Below are positions 29,772 through 38,476 of a DNA stretch of 64,000 bases, piece by piece; within the stretch, counting starts at the first letter, position 1; each line of letters begins with the position of its first letter. The notes under the pieces were generated by a model. The model was not told the DNA's origin, searched no databases, and was given only the letters and a program-made list of their open reading frames with translations. The position numbers were made by a program, and so were the translations under genes. This stretch comes from Deltaproteobacteria bacterium (GTDB lineage: Bacteria > Desulfobacterota > Desulfuromonadia > Desulfuromonadales > Geopsychrobacteraceae), in assembly GCA_024276905.1 (NCBI GenBank), contig JAJRWF010000148.1, positions 9,821 through 73,820 of the forward strand, in the 5' to 3' direction.

Positions 29772-31073
29772 ATGTACCGCTACCTGCTGCTCTCCCTCTG
29801 CGTCACTTTATCCTTCCTCCCCATATCAGTTTCAACATCTTATGGAGGGGAAAAGATCCTCCTGAAAGATTCCATCAATGCCACAGTGTACGAAAGCGAC
29901 ACTGAAGCGCTCCTCAGTTGGCGAATGAACCTTCCTGGCAGGCCGACCCTTGTTCTGCTTTCAAACAACCCGTTCCTGACCCCACTCCCGGAAACAATCA
30001 AGACAGATATCAAGGATCTTGTTTTGCGAGGATCATCAGAACAGATCCGGCGCAAAGCTGTTATGACTGGCAGTGACCCTCTCCTTTACCCCGGCATGGG
30101 CCTCTCCGCCGCCCTGGACGCCAAACTTTTTTCTGAAGTCATCTGGATCATACCTCTCACCAAAGAACGTCCCTTACCAGAGTTGGAGATATTGAGCCAA
30201 CAACTGCGCGACCATGGCGTTATGTCCAAAACAGAACTCTCCAGCTTAAAGAAAGTTGATGATCATGTGAGCGGCAAGGTTCGTGGGATAGCATTCAGCA
30301 TATACGCGTCTCACTCTCTCCCGAAGCTCAAAAAAAATCTGGTGATGCACCTTGACCTTAGCTACTTTTCTGCCCTGTATCGCAACGAAATCAAAACCCC
30401 CATATACCCATTGATTGGGCAGCAATTGCGCAGCTGGAAAAACCAGAACTGGCCTGTTAAGCAAATCAGTATTTCACTGGGAAACCTGCTGGGAAACGTG
30501 CCTCTCGGAAGCCGCTTTATGGGAGACAACCTGCGGACCCTTTTTAACAAACCCAACATCCTGATGGATCAACTCCCACAAATCTGGCGTCTTCGAGCCA
30601 AGGCACTTTATCTCGAAAATTTCTTTAAAAAAGAAGAAATGCTGGAGATTTTCCAAAAAATGGATCAACTTGAACCGGAAAATGCGGCAACTCAATATGG
30701 TCTCTATCAGGTTCAAAGACGCTTCAAGAATGGGGACAAGGCCCTGCAGCACCTCGCCGAGGCAGTCCGTATAGACCCTGGATACGCCCTCGAATACTAC
30801 ACTCTTGCTGAGACCGCCCTCAAAAAGAAGCGACCGGCAGCCGCCCTGCAAATGCTCTCACTGGCATCAGCCCAGCAACCTGCCAACCCTGGCCCCTTGC
30901 TGCGACAGCTAGATATCCTCGTGCAAATCAACCACCCACAACCAATGGCGGGGCTGCTTGAACAATTAAACAAAATGACCTGGTCTGAGATCTATTACCC
31001 GGGCATGGGTAAGCACTTACAGCACTATCAGGACATCCTGGAGAAAAGTGCAGCGAAAAATGTTGTCGAATAA
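29772..31073 (+). CDS. hypothetical secreted protein with TPR-like C-terminal region
   Basis: 433 aa, N-terminal signal-like MYRYLLLSLCVTLSFLPISVS. The helical C-terminal third (...ALQHLAEAVRIDPGYALEYYTLAETALKKK...) looks TPR-like. Visibly more AT-rich than its neighbours. Confidence 0.6.
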   Translation: MYRYLLLSLCVTLSFLPISVSTSYGGEKILLKDSINATVYESDTEALLSWRMNLPGRPTLVLLSNNPFLTPLPETIKTDIKDLVLRGSSEQIRRKAVMTGSDPLLYPGMGLSAALDAKLFSEVIWIIPLTKERPLPELEILSQQLRDHGVMSKTELSSLKKVDDHVSGKVRGIAFSIYASHSLPKLKKNLVMHLDLSYFSALYRNEIKTPIYPLIGQQLRSWKNQNWPVKQISISLGNLLGNVPLGSRFMGDNLRTLFNKPNILMDQLPQIWRLRAKALYLENFFKKEEMLEIFQKMDQLEPENAATQYGLYQVQRRFKNGDKALQHLAEAVRIDPGYALEYYTLAETALKKKRPAAALQMLSLASAQQPANPGPLLRQLDILVQINHPQPMAGLLEQLNKMTWSEIYYPGMGKHLQHYQDILEKSAAKNVVE

Positions 31074-31256
31074 TCGCGATATCCGGACAGGAAAGACCTT
31101 TACGGAGAAACACAGGTCTTTTGCCTAATTGTGGCTCTATCCCTTGATAATTTCAACGGCATCTATAAAGAAGGGGTGCTGCAGCGGCTTGGTTTAATGT
31201 GAAACACCCGAAGATAACCGGGGTTAGCATACCTTCACTACTGCAATCAGGAAAAC

Positions 31257-31289
31257 AGAAGAGGGCCGGGAAAATCCCGGCCCTCTTCT
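31257..31289 (-). terminator. terminator closing the megacytochrome operon / peptide copy 2
   Basis: AGAAGAGGGCCGGG-AAAA-TCCCGGCCCTCTTCT. On the minus strand it is followed by a T-rich stretch (GTTTTCC). The core GGCCGGGA..TCCCGGCC is shared with the 29419 terminator. Confidence 0.75.
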
Positions 31290-31296
31290 TTGTGTA

Positions 31297-31353
31297 TCAG
31301 CAGGGATGAACGTTACTGCTCCCTACTATCCGTGGTTTGACATACCTTTTCAT
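31297..31353 (-). CDS. 18-aa peptide MKRYVKPRIVGSSNVHPC (copy 2), last cistron of the cytochrome operon
   Basis: GAGGAG precedes the ATG at 31353, 20 nt after the stop (31374) of the 2330-aa gene. The last 8 codons plus stop are identical to copy 1. Confidence 0.55.
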   Translation of the reverse strand: MKRYVKPRIVGSSNVHPC

Positions 31354-31373
31354 CTTATTCTCCTCACGTAAGC

Positions 31374-34300
31374 CTACCATGGGGTAACCGTGTTCCAACC
31401 TTTACCGTCCATATCTCCCAAGCCATCACCACCGCGGCCCAATTCGCCGACAGCACCGACACGGTGACAGTTCTGCGAAGTCGACCAGTTAGAAGCGCGC
31501 CAGCCGTCAGAACGAGACGGCGTCTGAGTGGAGGTGTCAGTATCCGCAGACATCCCTGTTGCATCGTCCCAACTGTTATGTTGGGTGTCGAGGCAGTTGG
31601 TAATCATCAGCTTCGGCAACCGCGATGCATGCGGATTATGACACTTGGAGCAGGTGAACTGATGGTACTGATTCACCAATTGCGGACTGGGATTGCCAGG
31701 GTTAGCACTCTGATCACCAGCCGCCATAATGAAGCCCCACTCAAACCAGTTATTTTTGTACGGCTCGGGCTCTTTGAAGCCATGCGAGGGTGCATAAGCT
31801 GGTGTGTAACTACCATCATCCCGATAACCATATCCCTCAGGACGATCGTAGTTGGCTCCGTCGCCACCGGAATGGCCCATTTCGATAGTATAACCTTTAG
31901 AATTTATCTCATTGGCACTACGATCCAGGATATCGGTCGCATTGCCGCTGGCTGTTCCGGTACCACCAATAACGGCGTTGGCGTGACCATTGGTTCCGAC
32001 CCACATGTTATCTCCGGTCGGCGCATAGTCCATGGTATTTACACTGGTTCCATGACACAGGGTACACAATCCAGCTATTTCACCGACGGTATCATAAGCG
32101 GTATTAGAGCTGACCGGATAGGTTCCGACACCCTGAGCCGTCATATTCTGGTCAATCCAGTACCCGCCTTTGGCCTGACTGGACGCGTTAAAGAAATCTT
32201 CACTGATACTGCCACGCGGAACCCGGTTGTAGTTGGTCGTCGTTTCAAAGGTCGTGGAGCCACTCAAGTTCTGCGGTGCACCATCCTCAAAGTAGGGATT
32301 GCCGAACCAGCTACCGCGCAGGTAAGGCTTACCGGTCATCGTATCACTCGTCGCTTGATTCCGGTTATGTACGTCATGACAATAACTGCAGCGAATCTTG
32401 GCCACCGCATCCGGACTCTCAGTGCGTCCGTAAGCCGCCCCTGTCACGGCACTGCTACCGGCCGCATTAACCGTGTGCGTTGACTGGATGGCTGCTTCCT
32501 TGTATGTGAAGTTCGCACTCTGCCAGGTACCGACCAACCAGTTCGAGTTACCGGTACTCATCTGACCGAAATTATAGTCAGGATAAGCCCCGTTGGTATC
32601 AGTATTGAGACCCCACTCACTGATGCCATTGATATCATGACATGTCCAGCAGATTTCAGCCTCTGTGGTTTTTGCACCCGTTGCGGTTCCACCCAACCAG
32701 ATACCGCCATGGGTCGTGTAGTTGATTCCAACCGTAGTGTTGTTGGCAACCTGGACATCGCCACTATGGAAACCATGACACTTCTGGCACTGCAATGACC
32801 AGTCGGTGGTTCCATTCACAACATCTGCAGTCACAGCCTTCAGGTGAGAACCGTAAAGCTCGCCAGTAAAGCCACTGTTCCCGGCCGGGTAAACAACTGT
32901 CGGCCCGGTGCCACCAGGTGCATGGCAAAGATCGCAGCTACCGCCGCCGAAGTCACCGAACCCGACACCCCAACTCGAATCAGCCAGGTTATGACTGGTC
33001 GATGCGCCACCGTGACAAGCATTGTCGCAGCCCCAGTTGGTGGAGTTGTAACCGGCACCGGTACTCGGCGTCGGCCCATTCATGGTGATCAGACCGTTAC
33101 CATGGTCTCCGGTCCCCCAGGTTGCGGTGTAGTTAGCGTTGGTTGCGCCCGGTGCAAAGCCGTGGCAGGTTTCGCACTCAGCATGGTTGGCCTGCACTTC
33201 GGGAGTGCCATCGGTATCCCAGTCATTGGCATGGTTGACCAGAACATTAGCGCGCCAGCTACCCCAGATCCCGTGACAGGTTTTACACTCATCTCCGGCA
33301 GCACCGCCGCCCGAGGCCCAAGTCTTGTTATTCAGGCGTGCCCAGGGAGTACTGACGCCACGACTGGCGTCAAGGCCTTCCTTATGGCAGGACATGGCAC
33401 AGGTATCAAGGTCTGAACTGGTTCCAAGGGTTATCCCGGCAACAAAGTCGGTCACAGCAGGGCGATTCATGGCACTGGACGCCAGACCTGTGTCACTGAA
33501 GTGGTTCGCCGGTTGGCCATTATGGCAGGAGGTACAGGCGACACTGGAACCATGATTCTGACCACTGACGACACCAGTGATGCCGTGCATACCACTGGTC
33601 GCGCTGTTGTATTCGGTCGCGACACTTTCCGCCTTGTGGCAGCTGGTACACTGCGTATTGGCGTCAATGGTACCGGTCCAGGCCGGGGTGATCTGGCCGC
33701 CGTGGCAGCTGATGTTGCTGCACTGGGTTGTGTATGCCGGAGTCCCGGCTGACAAATCATCGTAGGTGGCAGCGACACTGACCTGCACCGTGCCGTCAGC
33801 ATGGGTGTTGCCAGTATGGCAATAATCACATTTGGCCTGGACCGCAGTACCGTTATTCACCTGGGTTGAAAGTGAAACACCGAGGGCCGTAAAGTGCGCA
33901 TTGTGTGCGCCTGTAGAAGGCCATGGCTCTCCGGCACCGTTGTTGTGACAGCTTGCGCAGCCATTACTCAATGCTCCGCCCCAGGTCGGTGTGCTGGTGA
34001 AGTGACAATAGACGTTGGAACAGTTACCGTACACAGCACTGGGCGCCAGACCACCGGTATTACCGGTCGTTGTCCCAGCATAAGTTGCACTACCGGCAGC
34101 ATTGGTCGGCAAAGCGCTGACGTCCCATTGTACGTTACCGTTCATATGACCAGCCGCACCGGCAGTCGCACCGTGGCACTGGTTACAGGCCAGAGCCAGC
34201 GTACCGGCATGCGTCGCATGGCTGCTGGTACTCGGCGGAGTCACTGCGGTGGCTCCGTGGCAATCACCACAAACAACTGCGGCATCCCAGACCGGGCCGC

Positions 34301-37300
34301 TGCCTCCGATAGATCCACCATGACAGTAAACAGCAGCGCAGGTTTTTGTCCCATCACCTGCAACACTCCCGTTATTGTAGTTAACCCCGGTTTGACCAGA
34401 GTACGTTCCGGTAACAGAAGTGCCTCCACCACCGGCACTGAAATCGGCGTTGAAGTGGATATCAATATCGCCGCCGTTAGGCATCGCATTACCATTGTGG
34501 CAGGTATTGCAATCTGTATAGCCCTGAACATTGACGTGAGCATCATGGGCACCAGGGGTTACGCTGCCCGTAACTACCGGACTCCAGGCCAGACCAGTCT
34601 GGGTACTACCATCTGCATCGGCTGTAGTCGGCGGGTTGCCGTGACACGCGTCGCAAGCGGTCGGCTTGAAGCCCTGCTTGTGATTGTGACAGTTCATGCA
34701 ATCGGTGCTCAATTGGTGGTTCTGGTTGGTCGCCGTCGCGGCACTCATATCAAAAGCGTGGTGCTGTACCCCGTTGACCCGAGTTTCGTCCAGGGAGTGA
34801 CAGACTTCGCAGACACCGGAGCTTGCAGTATGTCCGCCGACAGCATCACCATAGTCACTTGTGGTGTCGCGAGTATCCGTCAAGGTGACGGCACTGGAGA
34901 TGGCACCGTTAGGCATGGTACTGCCATCGGGAAAGCTGATCGTCTGTCTGATCCGCTTGATATTGGTTGTTGTATCTACGTGACAGGTATCGCAGGTGAA
35001 TTCGCCATATTTGGCCCCTGCCAGACCCCAGCCACCCAGTGAATTCCACTTGCTGGAACCAGTCGCCGCCGAGTTATGCAACATTGAGTTGCTCGGCACC
35101 TGATCGGTGAAGATCTGAACCGCGTTACCGGTAACCCCATCGACAGCGTCAATGTAGGTGACACGCACCTGGTAAACCTGACCGTTAGTCAGCCCGGGAA
35201 TACTGTAACCATAGGGGCTGGCGGCATGGGCAATAACACCCGAGGTATTGGGGAAGGAGGTACTGTCGCAGTTGGTGAGCGACGGACAGGTTCCCCATTC
35301 AACGGTCAGGGTGTTGTCCGTATTGAAGTCACCACTGTACGGTGCACTGATATCGACCGACTTGTTTTTACTTGCGACCTGGACCACACCGGCTGCGGTA
35401 TCGAGAGCGTTATTAACCGAAATACTGTTACTGGTCGGACCAACAACTGAACCGCCGCAGTCAGGATCAGTACCGGTCACCTCAAAAGTTACCACCTGCG
35501 GACCAGTGGTGCCAAAGGCAGTGCTGTCCCAGGGGCTGGTGACCGTAGCACCGTTAATTTTGTAAGTGAAGCCCGTAGCATTCCCGGGAGCAGGGATGCT
35601 GAACAGAGTGGTCAGATCAACCGTACTGCCGCCAACAGTCTGCGACGGCGGAATAACAATTGACGAGGGGGTCGCGTCAGTACAGGTATTATCAATTGAA
35701 ACCGCTGTGATCTGCGGGGCAGAGACAGCATCACTACAATCGGGGTCACTACCATTAACATCGATAGTGATGTTGTTTTCAACCGCGGCAGTACCGCAGG
35801 CACTGGTATCCCAACTGTATTCCCAACGCGTGGTGCCAGCGTTCCAGGTCATGGCGGCGGCAGCAACATTACATGCGCTACTGCCAGCGACCGACACCTG
35901 CATTCCGCTCATGGTCGCCGGTGTTGTTTCCACACCGACCGCGGTCTGCAGAGTTACAACTCCGGTAGCAGGGTTGGGGTCACTGGTGGTCAGGGTCGCC
36001 AGGTCCTTGTCTGTGGTGTCAAAGGCTGTAGCAGCCGTCTGGGCATTCAGTATACCGCAGTCACCGGTTCCCTGGGCACGGAAGATGACGTTACCCGTAA
36101 TACAGGAAGTCGGAGTGTAGGTCGAACCATTAGCAACCCAGGCGCTCCAGCTCGTGCCGCCATCTTCGCTCCAGCTGACCTGGATTCCAGTAGCGGTGCC
36201 ACCAGCAGTCACGGTTACTGCACCAGTAATCGGCGTGGTACTCGGGGCTATGACTGGAGCAGTCAGGGTTGATGTTTCGGTACATGAACTCCAGGTAAAG
36301 CTCTGACTGGTACCCGGAAGAGCAGTACCGCCGACATAGTAAACTGTTCCACATTCAGGATCAGTTCCACGCGCGTAGAGATTGTAGCTGTTGCCCGTGG
36401 TTAAAACTGCAGTCGCTTCTTGCGGATCAAGGTTCCAGGCCAGGCGCTCTACTTCTGAGGATCGGGGTGTTCCAGTAAACGCAAGGTTGTCAAAAGAGAT
36501 GTCATTCTGATAGCCGGAGGCCGTTCCAACGACATAGCGGAAGCGCAGTTTAAAATCTGCGTTGGTATAGGCACTCAGGTCAATCGGGCCCTCGGAATAC
36601 CACTGAGCACCACCATCGCCAAGACGCACCATCCCATTAGCGACAACATATACATCCGCCACCCAACTGGTGCCGTTCCATGCGTCAAGGTGCAGCTCTG
36701 CATCTGCGTTAGTGCCACCGAGATCCATCATATAATCAAAATTGAAAGTAAGCGAATACTGACTTGCATCCTTAACGTTACTTTCCAGATACTGTGAACT
36801 TCCTGTGGTCGTGCCAGTCGCACAAGCATTCTGTCCGTTGGCAGACGCCTCAAGGTAAATCCAAGGACGTGGATTGCCAGCAACGGTTCCAGTGCCGCCG
36901 GAAGCTGTCCCGTTTGCATTATCCGCATAGCACCACGAATTAGTTCCATCACTCCCATTCACACCAATCCAGTTTGTCCAGCCGGTCTGAGCGGTATAGA
37001 GCGTTAAATCACCACCTGATGCTGCTGAAAAATCGTCAGTCTGAGGTGTAAACGGCGGGGCAAAACTACCTTCCGTCACCCGAAATTCCAGACTGGTCAA
37101 GTCAACCGGAGTAACAAAACTGGACCCAGTAAAATCACCTGCTGCGGAGGTCGTCCCGTTGAAGCTGATGGAAGATGGCGTTAGTTCGGTACAAGTCGGA
37201 GTTGTTACATTAGCCGTATTGGAATCAGCGCTGTCACAGGCGCCAGCAGTATTGTGCCCACGGACTGTATAGGAATAAGTGGTCCCAGCCGCTGCAGTTG

Positions 37301-38366
37301 CATCTGTATAAGAACCAACCGTTATGTTAGTCGCTATTTGCGCACCATCACGAAAAATCGTGTAATAATCGTTATTTGTCCCATCATAGGTCCAGGTCAG
37401 ATTGACCTGAGTAGAAGATGGTGCGTTGGCTGCTAAATCAGAGGGAGCAGTCGCTACACAGGGTGGCGTCTCAACGCAAGGAACAGCATTGGTGTAGGTA
37501 TCGTCTCGCTTCAACGTACGCTGAACCCGATCATTAATGTTATTGGCCTGCCATTTGACGAAACCCCAGTCTCCGTTGGCAATTCCGGCACCGGCAAAAT
37601 CTGCCGGAAAGGAAAACTGCCAGGTGGTACCAGTCTGAGTCACGTTAGTTGAAGCCGTCACATCAACCTTGGTTCCAAAATAATCGTTCAGTTCAACTTT
37701 TTTCAACTGGTTGTCTGAATTCGTAACAGTGACAGTTGCGTACACAGTGTCGCCATTCCCGAAAGTATCGGTCTGATTTGTCCGCGCGGCATCACTGTAA
37801 AACCACATTCCAGTTGCTGGAGAACCAAGCTGAACAAAACCACCAGCTTTATAATTGCCGTTATTGGCGTCCGAAACTTCAACCGCATAAAAATCGACGT
37901 TTGCGCCGCCGGTATTCCAACTGTAGCTATAGGTGTAGAATCCCCCTGTATGACCCGTTTCGGTCATAGCGACTTTGTCGAGAATTTTATTCTTCAGTGA
38001 GTCATCAACTTTCAATTCAAAAGCATCACGGTTGGCAGTAGGCACCTTGAAGGAAATCACGACCGTGTCTCCAACAGTGAACGCAATGCCAGCGGTCCCA
38101 CCGACGCTAGTCGTAAGCTGCTCACCGCTGCCGAGAGTAAAATCACCCGTCGACTGACAAACTGCAGCGAAGAGACTGCCGGCCGAAAGCATTACCGCCA
38201 AAACGGCCACCAAAGCCAGGTGTGCAAATCTGAACATCGGGGGGGTCCTCCAGATTCCATCCTTCATAGCCGTCCTCACCTCATTCCCAGTCACTTTATT
38301 CCCAATTAGATCATTCACTTGTCGATTACATGTGCCAAAGAAAACTTCCCGTAGTCGTTTCATCAT
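31374..38366 (-). CDS. 2330-aa chimeric surface protein: heme-free Ig/FN3/MAM-like N-terminal half plus C-terminal multiheme cytochrome (about 19 CxxCH and 5 CX3-4CH)
   Basis: Signal-like MFRFAHLALVAVLAVMLSAGSLFAA begins at residue 44 (alternative starts 38267 and 38237). FN3-like PSDLAANAPSSTQVNLTW...YSYTVRGHN. MAM/ConA-like ...FKLRFRYVVGTASGYQNDISFDNLAF. The first heme motif, CDTCH, appears only at about residue 1120. Confidence 0.9.
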   Translation of the reverse strand: MMKRLREVFFGTCNRQVNDLIGNKVTGNEVRTAMKDGIWRTPPMFRFAHLALVAVLAVMLSAGSLFAAVCQSTGDFTLGSGEQLTTSVGGTAGIAFTVGDTVVISFKVPTANRDAFELKVDDSLKNKILDKVAMTETGHTGGFYTYSYSWNTGGANVDFYAVEVSDANNGNYKAGGFVQLGSPATGMWFYSDAARTNQTDTFGNGDTVYATVTVTNSDNQLKKVELNDYFGTKVDVTASTNVTQTGTTWQFSFPADFAGAGIANGDWGFVKWQANNINDRVQRTLKRDDTYTNAVPCVETPPCVATAPSDLAANAPSSTQVNLTWTYDGTNNDYYTIFRDGAQIATNITVGSYTDATAAAGTTYSYTVRGHNTAGACDSADSNTANVTTPTCTELTPSSISFNGTTSAAGDFTGSSFVTPVDLTSLEFRVTEGSFAPPFTPQTDDFSAASGGDLTLYTAQTGWTNWIGVNGSDGTNSWCYADNANGTASGGTGTVAGNPRPWIYLEASANGQNACATGTTTGSSQYLESNVKDASQYSLTFNFDYMMDLGGTNADAELHLDAWNGTSWVADVYVVANGMVRLGDGGAQWYSEGPIDLSAYTNADFKLRFRYVVGTASGYQNDISFDNLAFTGTPRSSEVERLAWNLDPQEATAVLTTGNSYNLYARGTDPECGTVYYVGGTALPGTSQSFTWSSCTETSTLTAPVIAPSTTPITGAVTVTAGGTATGIQVSWSEDGGTSWSAWVANGSTYTPTSCITGNVIFRAQGTGDCGILNAQTAATAFDTTDKDLATLTTSDPNPATGVVTLQTAVGVETTPATMSGMQVSVAGSSACNVAAAAMTWNAGTTRWEYSWDTSACGTAAVENNITIDVNGSDPDCSDAVSAPQITAVSIDNTCTDATPSSIVIPPSQTVGGSTVDLTTLFSIPAPGNATGFTYKINGATVTSPWDSTAFGTTGPQVVTFEVTGTDPDCGGSVVGPTSNSISVNNALDTAAGVVQVASKNKSVDISAPYSGDFNTDNTLTVEWGTCPSLTNCDSTSFPNTSGVIAHAASPYGYSIPGLTNGQVYQVRVTYIDAVDGVTGNAVQIFTDQVPSNSMLHNSAATGSSKWNSLGGWGLAGAKYGEFTCDTCHVDTTTNIKRIRQTISFPDGSTMPNGAISSAVTLTDTRDTTSDYGDAVGGHTASSGVCEVCHSLDETRVNGVQHHAFDMSAATATNQNHQLSTDCMNCHNHKQGFKPTACDACHGNPPTTADADGSTQTGLAWSPVVTGSVTPGAHDAHVNVQGYTDCNTCHNGNAMPNGGDIDIHFNADFSAGGGGTSVTGTYSGQTGVNYNNGSVAGDGTKTCAAVYCHGGSIGGSGPVWDAAVVCGDCHGATAVTPPSTSSHATHAGTLALACNQCHGATAGAAGHMNGNVQWDVSALPTNAAGSATYAGTTTGNTGGLAPSAVYGNCSNVYCHFTSTPTWGGALSNGCASCHNNGAGEPWPSTGAHNAHFTALGVSLSTQVNNGTAVQAKCDYCHTGNTHADGTVQVSVAATYDDLSAGTPAYTTQCSNISCHGGQITPAWTGTIDANTQCTSCHKAESVATEYNSATSGMHGITGVVSGQNHGSSVACTSCHNGQPANHFSDTGLASSAMNRPAVTDFVAGITLGTSSDLDTCAMSCHKEGLDASRGVSTPWARLNNKTWASGGGAAGDECKTCHGIWGSWRANVLVNHANDWDTDGTPEVQANHAECETCHGFAPGATNANYTATWGTGDHGNGLITMNGPTPSTGAGYNSTNWGCDNACHGGASTSHNLADSSWGVGFGDFGGGSCDLCHAPGGTGPTVVYPAGNSGFTGELYGSHLKAVTADVVNGTTDWSLQCQKCHGFHSGDVQVANNTTVGINYTTHGGIWLGGTATGAKTTEAEICWTCHDINGISEWGLNTDTNGAYPDYNFGQMSTGNSNWLVGTWQSANFTYKEAAIQSTHTVNAAGSSAVTGAAYGRTESPDAVAKIRCSYCHDVHNRNQATSDTMTGKPYLRGSWFGNPYFEDGAPQNLSGSTTFETTTNYNRVPRGSISEDFFNASSQAKGGYWIDQNMTAQGVGTYPVSSNTAYDTVGEIAGLCTLCHGTSVNTMDYAPTGDNMWVGTNGHANAVIGGTGTASGNATDILDRSANEINSKGYTIEMGHSGGDGANYDRPEGYGYRDDGSYTPAYAPSHGFKEPEPYKNNWFEWGFIMAAGDQSANPGNPSPQLVNQYHQFTCSKCHNPHASRLPKLMITNCLDTQHNSWDDATGMSADTDTSTQTPSRSDGWRASNWSTSQNCHRVGAVGELGRGGDGLGDMDGKGWNTVTPW

Positions 38367-38393
38367 CTGTAATCCTCCTGGCGGGAAGTCGCC

Positions 38394-38425
38394 GCCAACC
38401 GGGGAGTCGAAGCCCTCCGGTTGGC
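38394..38425 (-). other. stable intercistronic hairpin between the two giant cytochrome genes
   Basis: GCCAACCGGGG-10 nt-CCTCCGGTTGGC (11 bp including one G-U). No T-run. It sits between the stop at 38477 and the AGGAGG/ATG at 38366. Confidence 0.5.
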
Positions 38426-38476
38426 ATTTTGGCTGATCTTCCCAAGTTGATTCAAGTTGCGCATCAAACTTGCTCC

